64,000 nt of DNA from Phoronis australis (lineage: Eukaryota > Animalia > Phoronida), in the NCBI GenBank assembly GCA_002633005.1, contig NMRA01000003.1, positions 138,129-202,128 of the forward strand. Direction: 5' to 3'. Position 1 is the stretch's first letter. The number at the start of each line of letters is the position of its first letter. Shown piece after piece: positions 27,221-39,600 of this stretch. The position numbers were made by a program, and so were the translations under genes. The notes below the pieces were generated by a model, which was not told the DNA's origin, searched no databases, and saw only the letters and a list, made by a program, of their open reading frames with translations.

Positions 27221-30200
27221 GTAAGTAGCTTTTATTATTTTATTCAAGTGCTATGTCCCTGTAAATTTTCTTGTAGCACCAGTTGCCTCCAATGAATCTT
27301 ACCGTTAATGGTAATTATTTAATAATCTCAACGTGTTGGTCATCTGCTTAATATGTAATTTTCGAAATAAGCGCGTCACCATGGAATTCAATATCCCGCC
27401 AGACGGCGATCAGGGTAGAGTTCATTAGCTGTCTCGTGGAGAGAAAACGTCGAAATCACAAGTGTTCTCATTGCAACTGATGCACAACAATATTTCGCGG
27501 AATCTTTCTTTTCTGTTGACCTCTGTCCAGTTTTTTGTGGACAGGCGTCCAGCGCCACCTACACATCCCATGTAATGCGGGCGACTTGCAGGTTTTAACC
27601 TCACGTGTAGGGAGTGTTTTGACACTTTTCCTGCTATCATAATGCCAGCAAATTTCACTGATGTGCGGTGTGATATACTAATGTCTTACATTAAAAGGTA
27701 ATTAAAACCTCTTGTTATGTCAATGGATGAAGGACATCATGTCCCATACATTCTCAACAGTGGAGAACTTTGTCTAATATCCATAAATGGGAGAACATGA
27801 CAGTGGGATTTATTCATCTGTTTTTAAATTGATGAACTGCTACGTAGTAGTGAGTTTGTGTCCACGGAATCTGACTAGTCGAGATCAAGCGGAAGTCGAG
27901 TTTTCGATCTCATTACTCAAGAGAGCGTCAGTGTGATAAATTCGCTATTGCTCCTTCATGGTGTCAAGGTAATTTTAAATACTCTTCCGAAGTTTCTATT
28001 TATGGACATTTGGTATCAGCTGCTTTATCAAGTAGATATAGCAGCGTAATGATGCGTGCAAAGTAATTGGGTGTTGATTAGGAGGCACAGAACAGTTCTC
28101 ACAGGGGTTTGCCTATCAGAACACACGTCAATGGACTCTTCACCCTTTGTTCACTCTATCAAGAGACAAGAACTGCATGCAAATAAAGCAAAGTTTTGAG
28201 TCGTTTCACATCACAAGCCCTACAGATGAGCACAGAAACTTTTATAATGCTCTCTTGTATTTTTGACCCTTTCACTCCCACTGAAAAATAAGGGCAAAAA
28301 ATGCAAAATCGGCAATTTTCACCCCAAAACCAACACTTCCCTGCCGATGCTCGACTAAAGCCAACATTAGATTCCGAAAGCAAATTTCTTATCGATTCCA
28401 AAAATGTGGTCCAAAAGTACTGTCAACCAACCAGTTTTTTTTCCAAATCTGGCTTGTTTTAGGGCTACCTGAAATCGCTGCCAATTTCTCAGTGGCTACA
28501 CAGCAATGCACAATTGCAACAGCATGTTCACAACTACAAACAAACCACATTCACTTGGCCTACATACAATACTTAACTAAAAAATGCTCCCAAGCCGGGC
28601 CTACCCGGGCTACCCCTAGATTATAATATTTTGGCAGTGAAAATTGGCCGCAGCCGCAGCCTAACTGTTCAGTGCCACCTTAAGTACTCGCTGGCTCCCT
28701 GCTTGCCGCTAGGTGGTAGCCAGCACCCAGGTATCACTTAGTTTTCCTCGGGAAATTTTTTATACCGGCGTTTCTGATTGGCTGGTCAAATTCTCAACAG
28801 GCAGCNCGCCAATTAAAGACAAGTATACGTGGTAGCATTTTGGAAACGAACATTTGACTGACAAGACCACAATGGCTCACCTTTGGCCTATTTAAAGGTT
28901 GAGGTCATGAAGTCACATCACCTAGCGAGCGCGGTAAAAATTGGAGCGTGCGCAGTATAAAAATGGTGAGTTCACGATTTTGGGAACTGAAATAGGGACT
29001 GCTCGAAGAAAAAGTTTGATAATGGAAGTATTTGTTCGAGTTGGAAGGAATTAAACACATCGACAACCTCCTCAGGTGTTCCTCTATGCGCAAAAGGTAT
29101 CTATAACAACGTGACTTTGATGGTTTAGTCGGTGCGAGGCATAATTCGCCGAAAAGCTTCCGGCGTACAGAGCGCCTATAGCCTCTGCATCGCCTCTGGG
29201 TTCGGGCCAACAGAGGCGATGGTCATTGCCTACCTTTGGCTTTTGCCTTGCCAAGGCTAATTGCCAAACGTGTTTGTTTAGTTTGTGGCTGTTCTACAGC
29301 CGCTTGTTCATTTTCGAATGTGGCAAATATCCTCTAGATTGCATAGTTGGTCGTATATATTCCAAGTGATTTTAGATTCGCATTGTTAACGACTTATCCG
29401 ATGGGTAATTTCAAGTACAGTCTGTAAACCTTTACACCCGGAACCGCAGCTTCTCACCTATCCACCATAATACATCACGCGAGATTTTTCGTGATTTCAT
29501 GCCAGGATCATAACGTAAATAAAATGTACAATAACATAAAAACAGCCTATTTCATCGAAAGTCTTCCGAAATATACATTAGTGGAAATTATATATTGTTA
29601 GCCAGTTCTTTTTGGTGAAATATCAAGTTTTTTTTCAATCTACATTTGTAATCTTTTTAAGAGGTCTATCAGATCACGAAAGACGATAATTGATCCCATC
29701 ACTGGGAGCAGAAATCGCTATCAGCAGGGGCGAGGTATTCCCGAGCAGATACACGAATTTTCACAACTGCTAGCGCTCGCTGGTGTGTTGGCAACCTGTT
29801 GAGGCTCATCTATTGAGTACTGACCAAGAACTCCAAAATATTAAGTAGACTCACGGATAACATCAATTTTTCGTCGTCACGCCACTGGCACTGTAGCCGT
29901 AGGCTACTCCCTGTAGTGTAAATTAGGGCTTCGTTCTAGCTTCACCCTGACGCGCCTGGCTGTTATGCCTAGGACATGCTATTGTTGTTGTTACTGTTGT
30001 GAATGCAGAACTTTCCAGTAGATCAGCACAAGAGTCTCTTTTAATCACTTTCCTTTGGGCAGTTTCTCTTTACTAGCTAAATGTTTTTGATTATTAAAAG
30101 AGGTCTACACTCTACAGGGTGCATGGGCCTATCGATTCCTGCCTCGAGCAAAAAAATTCTTGGCCAGCTAGCGGTATGAAGACCACATACCTATCACTCA

Positions 30201-30607
30201 ATTTCCAGCAACAATGTCATTTATTAAATATGAATGTTTATGGTAATTGTTGCTCAGAAATGATAAAAGTTCATTAAAACTACCTGCATCTGTTGTCTTT
30301 TTCAGTTTAATTGGCAAGTAATCAACCTTTCTCTTTTTATTGGGCTCCAGATTTTGATTCTGGTTTTTTACCTGTAACCCAAATGTATTGCAGTGGGTGT
30401 TACTACTAGCAATCCATTTTTTCATTCCCAACTATCTATAGACTTCCCAGCATCAGTATAACCAACAATTAATTATTCTAAAATAGTGCTAGCGTGCTGT
30501 TTCCTTTCAATTTGGTTTTGTTTAAAAATATATTATATGTTAGCTTTCACCTTCATAACTTGAATTGCTCAAAGAGCTAAAATATTATGTTTTGTAGGTT
30601 ATAAATT

Positions 30608-33600
30608 ATGGGTAAACACAGCAGTAGTAGTTCAAGTAGTGACTCTGATGATGACCGCAAGGCCTGGAAGAAACAGCAAAAGAAGTTGAAGAAACTTCAA
30701 AAGAAGGTGATTTTTTATACTTCACTGTCATTTACAATTATTTTTCTGTGTGCCACAAGTCTGGCTCCATTTGATTATATGAGTTTTACATTTTAGGTAA
30801 TAACTTTTTTTGCCAAGTATATGTTACTTTAATTGGCAAATGTTAATCTTATGTTATGTATTTTTTACTTGTTTTTTGTTTTTGCATGCTACATGTTGCA
30901 TTTCTTATCTGATTGAGTTGAAATTTACACACAATTTCTATCTCATGAAAGACGGCGAAGGCTGGTGCTTTGGGTCAAAATTGGTCTCCAGATTTCACCA
31001 TGAGAGTCGTTTTTTTTTTCAAATTTTTGCTTTGTGGAGCTCTTGCTCCAAAGTCCTTTAAGCAGTTCTAAATAAAATTTGATGACAAGCATGCCACTTT
31101 TTTCTCACTACAGCTTACGGTTCTTGAATTATTCAAGATTTCTTAACCACTGTTCTTTTGCTAACAGGAGGGTAATGGTGAACACTTAAATAAATGTATT
31201 CACATAAATATATTACAAATGTTTCAGTAAAAGAACTTAAACCACGCTGTGGTCTGGTTGTTGTGATATTGTTATTGAGTGACTTGAATGCCAATTTGAG
31301 AATATGCAGGGTCTTTTTGATGACGTGTAAACAACTTGGTTGTTTTTCTCATACCAAAGGATATGTGCATTGTCAAAATGAATCACATACTCAGTAGTCA
31401 TAGAGTAAATGTGAAAGTTAGCATGATGGAGATTAAATGTACATTATTTATGAGATGATGATTACGTCTCCAGGGCTATGTTGTTGTTCAATTTAGAATA
31501 ATGTGTTTGTTCATGTCCAGGCTGTTTTTCATTGATTCCTTTAGCAGTCATTATTGTTTAAAATGAATGGAGTTCAGTTCCATGCACTTTATGTGATAAC
31601 ATAGTGATACAGATTTCCATGTATTAAGGTCAGCACTACATTCTCTCAGTGCTATCCATCTTCACTGGGGTAATCTCCATAATCATTGTCGTCGCCGAGC
31701 ATCGTCTCCGTGTTTTCCACAACTCGATGCCACGTCATTGTATTTATTGCTGGACATGATGCTCAAACTTCCCATAGTATTGACACAAACTTTCAAATTT
31801 GCTCGTGCATTCTGTAATTTCTTTTGAGTTTGAATTTTCTGATGTCGTCCGTCAGTGTTTTCATTGTCAAGCAGTGCTGGCTGTGGTATTGTTATGGGTG
31901 TTGGATGAGCTTTCGCCTCTTCAGTATAATGTTCTTGTCAGTGGATGGCTTTGCCAGTGTCACTGTCATCGCCTTTAATGGTGTTGTTTTTTGTTTTGGT
32001 CATTTTTCATTTTTTAAAGTGTTACTTGGCGAAGTGAAATTTCACTTTGCGGTCCTTTGAAGGATTCATCTAAAATTTGTTACCGTATCGTATATACATA
32101 GATCTCATCCAGGGCTTTCCATTTCTTGTTACGATCTACCATTCTAGTTACTCAAGACTATTTTTTGATTGACTTTTCATGCAAGAACGGTTGCATTGGT
32201 TATTTTCTGTTTTAGGGTCAGTTGCCCCCTGGTGTATACCCTGCTACAGGCAAATATCCAGGAAGGGTAAGTAGTAGTATGTTGAATATGCTTCTTTGAA
32301 TTACTGTACAGGTTCAGTTGGTCACCCAGATTACGACCAGTTTTCATTCATAATCCTCAGCCAGATACAGCAGAATAATTCAGTTACTGAGAAATGTTTT
32401 TGCAGTGTTTTACCACATTTTTAATGAAAATTACATGTCTTGATTTGCAGGGTTGGCAGTCGGGCAGTAGCTACCCTGTTGGTAAAATACCCCCACCGCA
32501 TGGGGCTGCACCACCTATGGGTATGGTGCCACCCCCTGCTGGCTATCCCCCAGCAGCTGGACACTCTTCTGCAGGATATCCACCTGGCCCAAGATATCCA
32601 CCTGGTTCTGGATACCCTCCAAGTAAGATGCCATAACCATGCAATAGGCAGTATTAAAGTATGATATTTTTGGAATATGCTCAACTGAAGAGCATTTCTT
32701 GGTAATATCTGGAGAACGATTGACGAATTTCAGTGAAACTCGACTCATAGCCTCTGAGTCAGATATATATATATGACAATGTGCATTTGATTTACTGGCT
32801 GATGCTTTTGTTTCTGTGTATTCACAAAGCTTAAAAACTAAACATTTCCATTGGCTTATTTAATGTTCATACACAGTGCATTAAATATTAAGGATAACAC
32901 ATCTGTTCAATTTCCGCTTGCCTCTAGAGAATGCTTGTGTGTCACTTTTAATTATTTGCTTCTCAAGCACCTATGTTTGAACTTACACCATTTGACCTGT
33001 TTGCTTCTGAAGGTGGTGGTGCTCCTCCGTTCACAGCACCTCCTGCTGGTGCCTTTGCTGGTGTCCCACCAGGCAACTCCAACCCACCTGGGTACCCACC
33101 ACAGGCTGGGTATCCTCCTCAGCAGGGGTATCCACCACAAGCTGGGTACCCTCCCCAGCAGGGATATCCACCACAAGCTGGGTACCTTCCTCAACAAGGG
33201 CATCCGCCTCAACCTGGGTACCCTTCTCAGCCACAATATCCAGGTATATTTTTTGACATTTTGAATGACTGTAATAGTAAGCCTAAGAAGTGTTAAAAGA
33301 TCTGATCTTCAAATTTAATTAACACTTCTTGAGTAGTAGCTTTTATGAACTTTCAGGTTCAATGAACTGGATTTGGTGATTTGTCCCAACAAATTATCGG
33401 TAAAAATTCAATGTTGCACATCATTGTGTGAAGTATATTTTGTAGTTGTGTTTTGTGATGTGAGTTCCTGTTACTTCTCATTTCTCTGCAGCTAGTTTTC
33501 ATTCTCGTTATAGTTGTCGCTTTAAATTGAATAAATATAAAATCTGTTTCCATGGAATTTCCTCCATTGATAAGTGAGCAACTTGATTGTGCAGGAGTCT

Positions 33601-36600
33601 GTCACAGAATAATAATGCATGAATTCTTGTTTCTCTTGAGCACATTTGATTGGCTGCTTTAGAACCACGCCTTATTTTGTGTACACAGTACATCTTCTGA
33701 TGTCTTGCTGGTTATGTAGCTTTAATTAGGCTTAATTGATTATCACTCACCTGTAAAGGTTTGTATTGGACATTCCATGGAAATATTGATTTAAAATTGA
33801 TCAATTTAAATTGATTGTTATATTTATTCAACTGCTATGGTTTGCTGTAGATCTCTTGCTTTAATTGTGCTTGTTTTTTGTAACTTACAAACAGTGTACA
33901 GTGTGACAACAGCATAGATTAATGTTTCACTTTGGGTAACCGGTTGGACAAAAACTGACAACTGTGCTTATGCTGAAATATTGTTAGAGAAGTTTTGGCC
34001 CTGGAATTACGGAAATAAAGAAAAAGGTGGGGATAGATGGTTTTGTGACTTTTCCGTTGATTTTTAGTGAAGGTTTTTAATTTTCAGGTGGACCTCGATA
34101 CTAATTCGTGGCGTTATGATGAATCGAGCTGTTGGACGTACTATTAAATTTTATTGGAAATTCCAATAAGGATTCTACTAACTGAGTTGTCTTGCTTCAT
34201 GCAGTCCATATAAACTAAAGATTTTTATGAAATGTCTCTATCACATCAAAATTCCGTTGACATAAAAATACCGTTTTTAATTTATATTATAATACAAATT
34301 CTTTTGAAAATTTAAATGTGATTATAATGATTTAAAGAGTTAACAGTCATTTCCGCGCGCCACTTATCATATTTGACTGTTTAACTGCACTCTGTAGTTT
34401 AAACTTGAAATTAAGCGCATCAATGTGTCTGAATGGGCTTACACTGGTAATGTCTCGGTTAACCGTTATATTTGCACAAGCACAATATTATTGCATATAT
34501 GGCTATGCCGATTAGTATAAAAACAAGTCATGTTCGTGGGTAGTGGTGTAGTCATAGAAAAAGTATTTGGGGTTACGCTGAAAAACCTTTCTGCTTCTTA
34601 GTAGTATGTAGAAATGAAGCATGACATGAATTTACTTGAATTTAGGCCACATAGTGGCAGGAAATAGGAATTTCTTGAGATTATTTGTTGAATTTAAAAA
34701 GTGAGGAAATGATGTCTTCCCACGTCCCTCTTGAGTACACCCCTTTGTTTGGGAGAAAGTGTATAATTTCAAATTAACACTGAGAACAAAATATACTGTG
34801 CAGCAATGTAAGATTCCACATGTGTACAGCGCTCGTATGTTTATAAGGACATGGGCAGATAAGCGATCGAATATGGTAAAGTATTCCATTGTTGTATTTT
34901 CTCCTCTGTTACATGAAAAATATCAAGTAATTAAGTATCTGTTCAATTTGTGGTGTCTGGTTGACGTCTATATTTGTCCCTATATGTTGAAGATACGACA
35001 AATTCTCCATCTGAACAGAGCTTAGTGGAAGTGAATTCTGTAGTAATTTTGTCCGCAACAGGGGAGACAAATAACATGTAATCGCACGGTAATGTTATTT
35101 TGCTCACTTTTAATCAAATATTTTTTGGATATTCTGTGATGACTATTTATTACGGAATGTGATAGAGATAGTAGAAAGTGTGCCCATTGTGTCAAGTTGT
35201 TATATACTGATAACATTTTCTTGTTAGTGATCTGTTTTCATTGGTTAATATCTTGTAAATTCACTTTCACCTTGTTAACTGTAATGAAAATTTTGTTTTG
35301 AATACTTTTGCATTCAATTCTTATTAAGGTTATTTTAGTCCTAATACATTTTTCACACAGTAAATATGTGATCTATTGTTTATAGTACATGAAACATTAA
35401 AAGCATGCTTCTGTCTGAGTTAACATACAGCAAATGTGAATGCTTCGAACGTTTTTTCCTAAGTTGCCGCTTTTTACATTTTTTTGCGAAGGCTGTCCAT
35501 CCACTAATAGAGAATGCTAAAACAGAATACCAAGGATTGCTTATTGAACTCACGAGCTGTGAACATTATCATGTCAAGTGTTCTAGATAATGTGTGTATG
35601 GATTCTTATTCCATATTGCACTCATGGTCAGAGTCAAGGTTTAGTAGTGCTCTAGGGGGAAATAAATTTACTGTTTACAGAGCTTGGAATGTTCCTCTTT
35701 AAGAAGATTTCATCTTTTTTGTTTTGATTTCCTCTTATTTGATTTCCAGTTTTCTCTTTTTTGTCTCTTTTTTATCATTATTTTGACTTAATCATGCGAA
35801 AATGTTATTTCATTCAAATTTTACAACTCAAAAATATCTCACAAGCTTATTTATTTGTGGAATGATAAATCACCTGAAACAATTTCCTCCTTTTTGTCAT
35901 TGGTCATTCCAAGCCATGTGTTTAATAGTAACATGGAATCTTGTTCTATTTGGTTATTGGTGCAATTTGTCATGACATTATAAAAACTGGAATGTTTGGA
36001 CTTGTCAGTTTGTCAGTGTTATCAACTGCTGGCTGGGTCTACGTATTTGTCACATTAATTAGCACACTCTCCAGATGGGAAAAGAATGTAACCATTGTTG
36101 CTCTTTGAACAAACAGTCATGTAAAATGATTGAACAACATATTTTGGAAGTTGTGTGGAGTGAGCCGAGAACTAAATTTGTACTGATAAAATATTTGCTA
36201 CAGGTAAGCATTTTGTTTTTGTTTTCAGTCAATTTGTTTTTCAAGTGAAATGCTTTAATAACAGTGTCTTTATTAATTTTTGTCTTTGGTTGAACAGTTA
36301 TAACCATGTTGTCCATTGTTTTACTTTCAGGTTCTGTTGGCATGCAGTCCACGCCCCCTGGTGCCAGCCCATTTCAACCTCCTCCAGCTGCCAGTTACCA
36401 GCCTCCTGGAGGGTATCCTGGACAAAATACTCCCTCTGGCTATTCTCAGTCACAGGCTCCACCCTCTCTTGCTGCAGGCAGCTATCCTGGACAAGTTCCT
36501 ATGACTGGCTATTCACAGGCTCCACCTTCTTTTGCTGGTGGTGGCTATCCTGGACAAGCTCCTCCCGTGGCTCATCCTTCTCCCCATTCACAAGCCCCTC

Positions 36601-39600
36601 CTCCTCCGCAGCCTGTCCAACCACATCCTGCGCACACTTCAGGACCAGCAGGTGAATGACTATTTATGTCGTCAATAGTGAATGTTGCATGTTGATTCAG
36701 TGAATGCTAACAGTTTAGAGAATTTGAATAATTTAACTTATAATGCACCTCTTGTGCAGATGTCGTTGTTATTAATGAACATTTCTGCATAGGTATGCCA
36801 CCTGCAGCTGGTGGGGATGCACATTTGCAGCAAGCCATGCACAACATGAGCCAACTGAGTGTGCAAGAACATGCCAGGAGGGGTACAGTACAGCCTGTCC
36901 ACCCATTCAGTGCTGAGGCTGACTGTGAGGTACTCAGAAAAGCAATGAAAGGAGCCGGTGAGTTATAATAATGGCATTAATGCTAATGTATTGAAATGAT
37001 TTGTTGTGCTTGAATGCAGTTGGAAACAGTCAGTGTCACATTTCGCATGTAATGTGGAGGGAAATTTAAAGTGGTGGTATTTCACATCATTTTGGTATTC
37101 TTTACTACCACGATACCACTATGTTGTGGTATGTGTTCAAAAATATGAACAAATGACATCTTGGCCCTTATTTTGACCGCTGGAGTAGCCACCTAGCTGT
37201 GTATGACTGAACAGAGTTGGCTGGTCTGCAGTCAATCAGCTTGATGTGTATGACTGATCGTTGAAATACTGCTAGGAATCAATGTTTGTAAAAAATGTCT
37301 CACTGAAACTTGATTTGGTGTTGTCTCGAAATGAAATTTATTCCAAAACTTATAGCCTCTGACCTGTACTTTCTTGTTACTGTGACATTCAAATAACAAC
37401 TACGTTCATCATGCCAGTTAAAAGTAAGTGCAATGTAGTCACATTGTTACAGCACTTTCTGGCTTTTGCAACAAAGAAGGTTCTGTTGTAGACATCAAAA
37501 TATCCATTGTTTCATTTGAGAGAAGAGATTATGTATTTGCAGATGAGGACAACTTTGTCGTGCTCAAAATTACAATGAAGTGAAAGAATCTGGTATTTTG
37601 TTTTAAATTGTAAGCATGTAAACAGAGAGCAATTTATTGACGAATTGGTGACAAAAGAATTTCGCTCGTATGTAACACTTATTTTATGGTGTTACATTTT
37701 CTTTAACTCACTTTTTACTTACATTTTCTTTCACTCACTTTTTACCCGTAGTAGATTGATTCAAAGCTGTGTATTCATGCCACTTTGCACCAAACTGTCT
37801 GGACTCTACTTCTCACAGTGAGTGGATACACCAAGTGTCTGTACATAGCCTACGAATTGTCATTACTTTGTTCATCATGTTCCAATTATAATTCATCTTT
37901 TGCCTGAAGGTGATACTTTAAATTTTCAGGGACTGATGAACGTGCCATTATTGATATTGTTAGTCACAGATCAAATGTACAGCGTCAGGAAATCAAGAAA
38001 ATGTTCAAAACTATGTATGGAAAGGTATTTTGCTTTGTGTCACTTCACCTTACGTTTTACATAAAATTATTATACATACTTTAGCCAATATGCATCATTG
38101 ATGTTTACCAACAATCCAGGGGCCTGTATCTCAAACAATGTTTATAGGCAAAAGTTGATGTTTTTCAGGTGTATTTTGGCTTTTAGTGTGCTCCCAAGCA
38201 GGCCATGGATATCTGTCTTTTGATTTGGAGTTGTAGATGGTTGTCTGACTTTTAGCTAAGCCATTCATAGACTGAGTTTTAGCCATAACACAAAGGACTC
38301 TTTGCGAAACAGCTTGGCCCAGGGTTTCCTTAAAAGCTCCACTGTTGCATTATGAATGTTGTCACTATTGATTTTATGATTATTTTTTACCTCAGGACCT
38401 GATAAAAGACCTGGCTTCAGAGCTCTCGGGCAACTTCGAGGAAACTGTCATGGCTTTGTTTGTGCCTACAACATACTATGATGCCTGGTCTCTCAACCGA
38501 GCAATGAAAGGCATTGGAACAAAAGAATCTGTCCTCATTGAAATACTCTGCACTAGAACTAATGCTGAAATCAGAGAAATTGTCGCTTCCTACAAACAGC
38601 GTGAGTTGACTTATTGATAATAATGCAAACAAGTATGTTTGTGATGTTAATATTTGGTGGAATGGTGTTTTTTCTTTGATGCAGTTTTATTGATAACTTG
38701 ATTTGTTGAAATAGTTGGGCAGAATATTGTCACTACAAAATTATAAACTGGGTTGTATTTAATATTAACTACGAGTTGCTAAAAGTCACCAAAAACATTG
38801 TTACCAGGTCTGTTGAGCTGCAGCATGTAATGTTCATATTTAAGACTACTAATTTTGTCGGAAAAAAGAGTCTGGAATTTATGGCAAATTGGGAGTACTT
38901 GCACGATTTAATTACTCTAACATTTCGAAGATTGTAAGCTTTTGTCAGTTTCCACACCCACATCTTCTCCCTGATTCCTAAACTGGGCCACTAGGTGTCA
39001 CCACCATCTCAATTATCATTAGGTTGACAATGATATCTAACTAATATTATGTTGTTGCAATATTTTTAACTTGTTGCCAAAGTTGCTCGGAGATTTCTTT
39101 TGTTTGTGTGGACTGGGCTGTCACGGATCTGTTATACTTGTTTGTGTTCATATTAGGCTGTCGGACTTATGTATTCTCATAATTGTTAATTATTCCATGA
39201 TTGCACATCTTGGTCACTGTTGTATAAGTTTGAACTTAAGATTTGTCGCATGTGTTGCAGACTTCCGACAGGATCTCGAGAAGGACATTATAGGTGACAC
39301 CAGTGGACATTTCAAAAGACTCCTTGTATCTTGTTGCCAGGTAACAGTTGTGTGCACATGTGGAGCCTGCTAACCATGTATAAGGTCCCGAGTTCGTGTC
39401 CCGGTTGGGGCATAAATCTTTTCAGAATTGTGTTCATTGTGTGACATGATATGGCCACAGGTGGCATGCTGACCTGACTTATAAATGTTTGCAGTATACA
39501 ATTCCGTGCCGGTTTAAGAATTTCATAAACATGTATTTCATTAAAACATTTTTTTTATTGTTGTATCGAAAGTGTACGGAAGTACTGCATATGTCCATGT

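Noticed and set aside
26678-27247. 189-aa minus-strand ORF
   Set aside because: It is the antisense shadow of the guanylate cyclase exon.
28279-28639. CACTG...CAGTG termini as a CACTA-like element
   Set aside because: The inverted match is too short and there is no target duplication.
39345-39415. tRNA-like sequence (similar B boxes near 9753 and 40380)
   Set aside because: Only a B box is present and I could not fold a full cloverleaf, so these are SINE heads at best and not tRNA genes.
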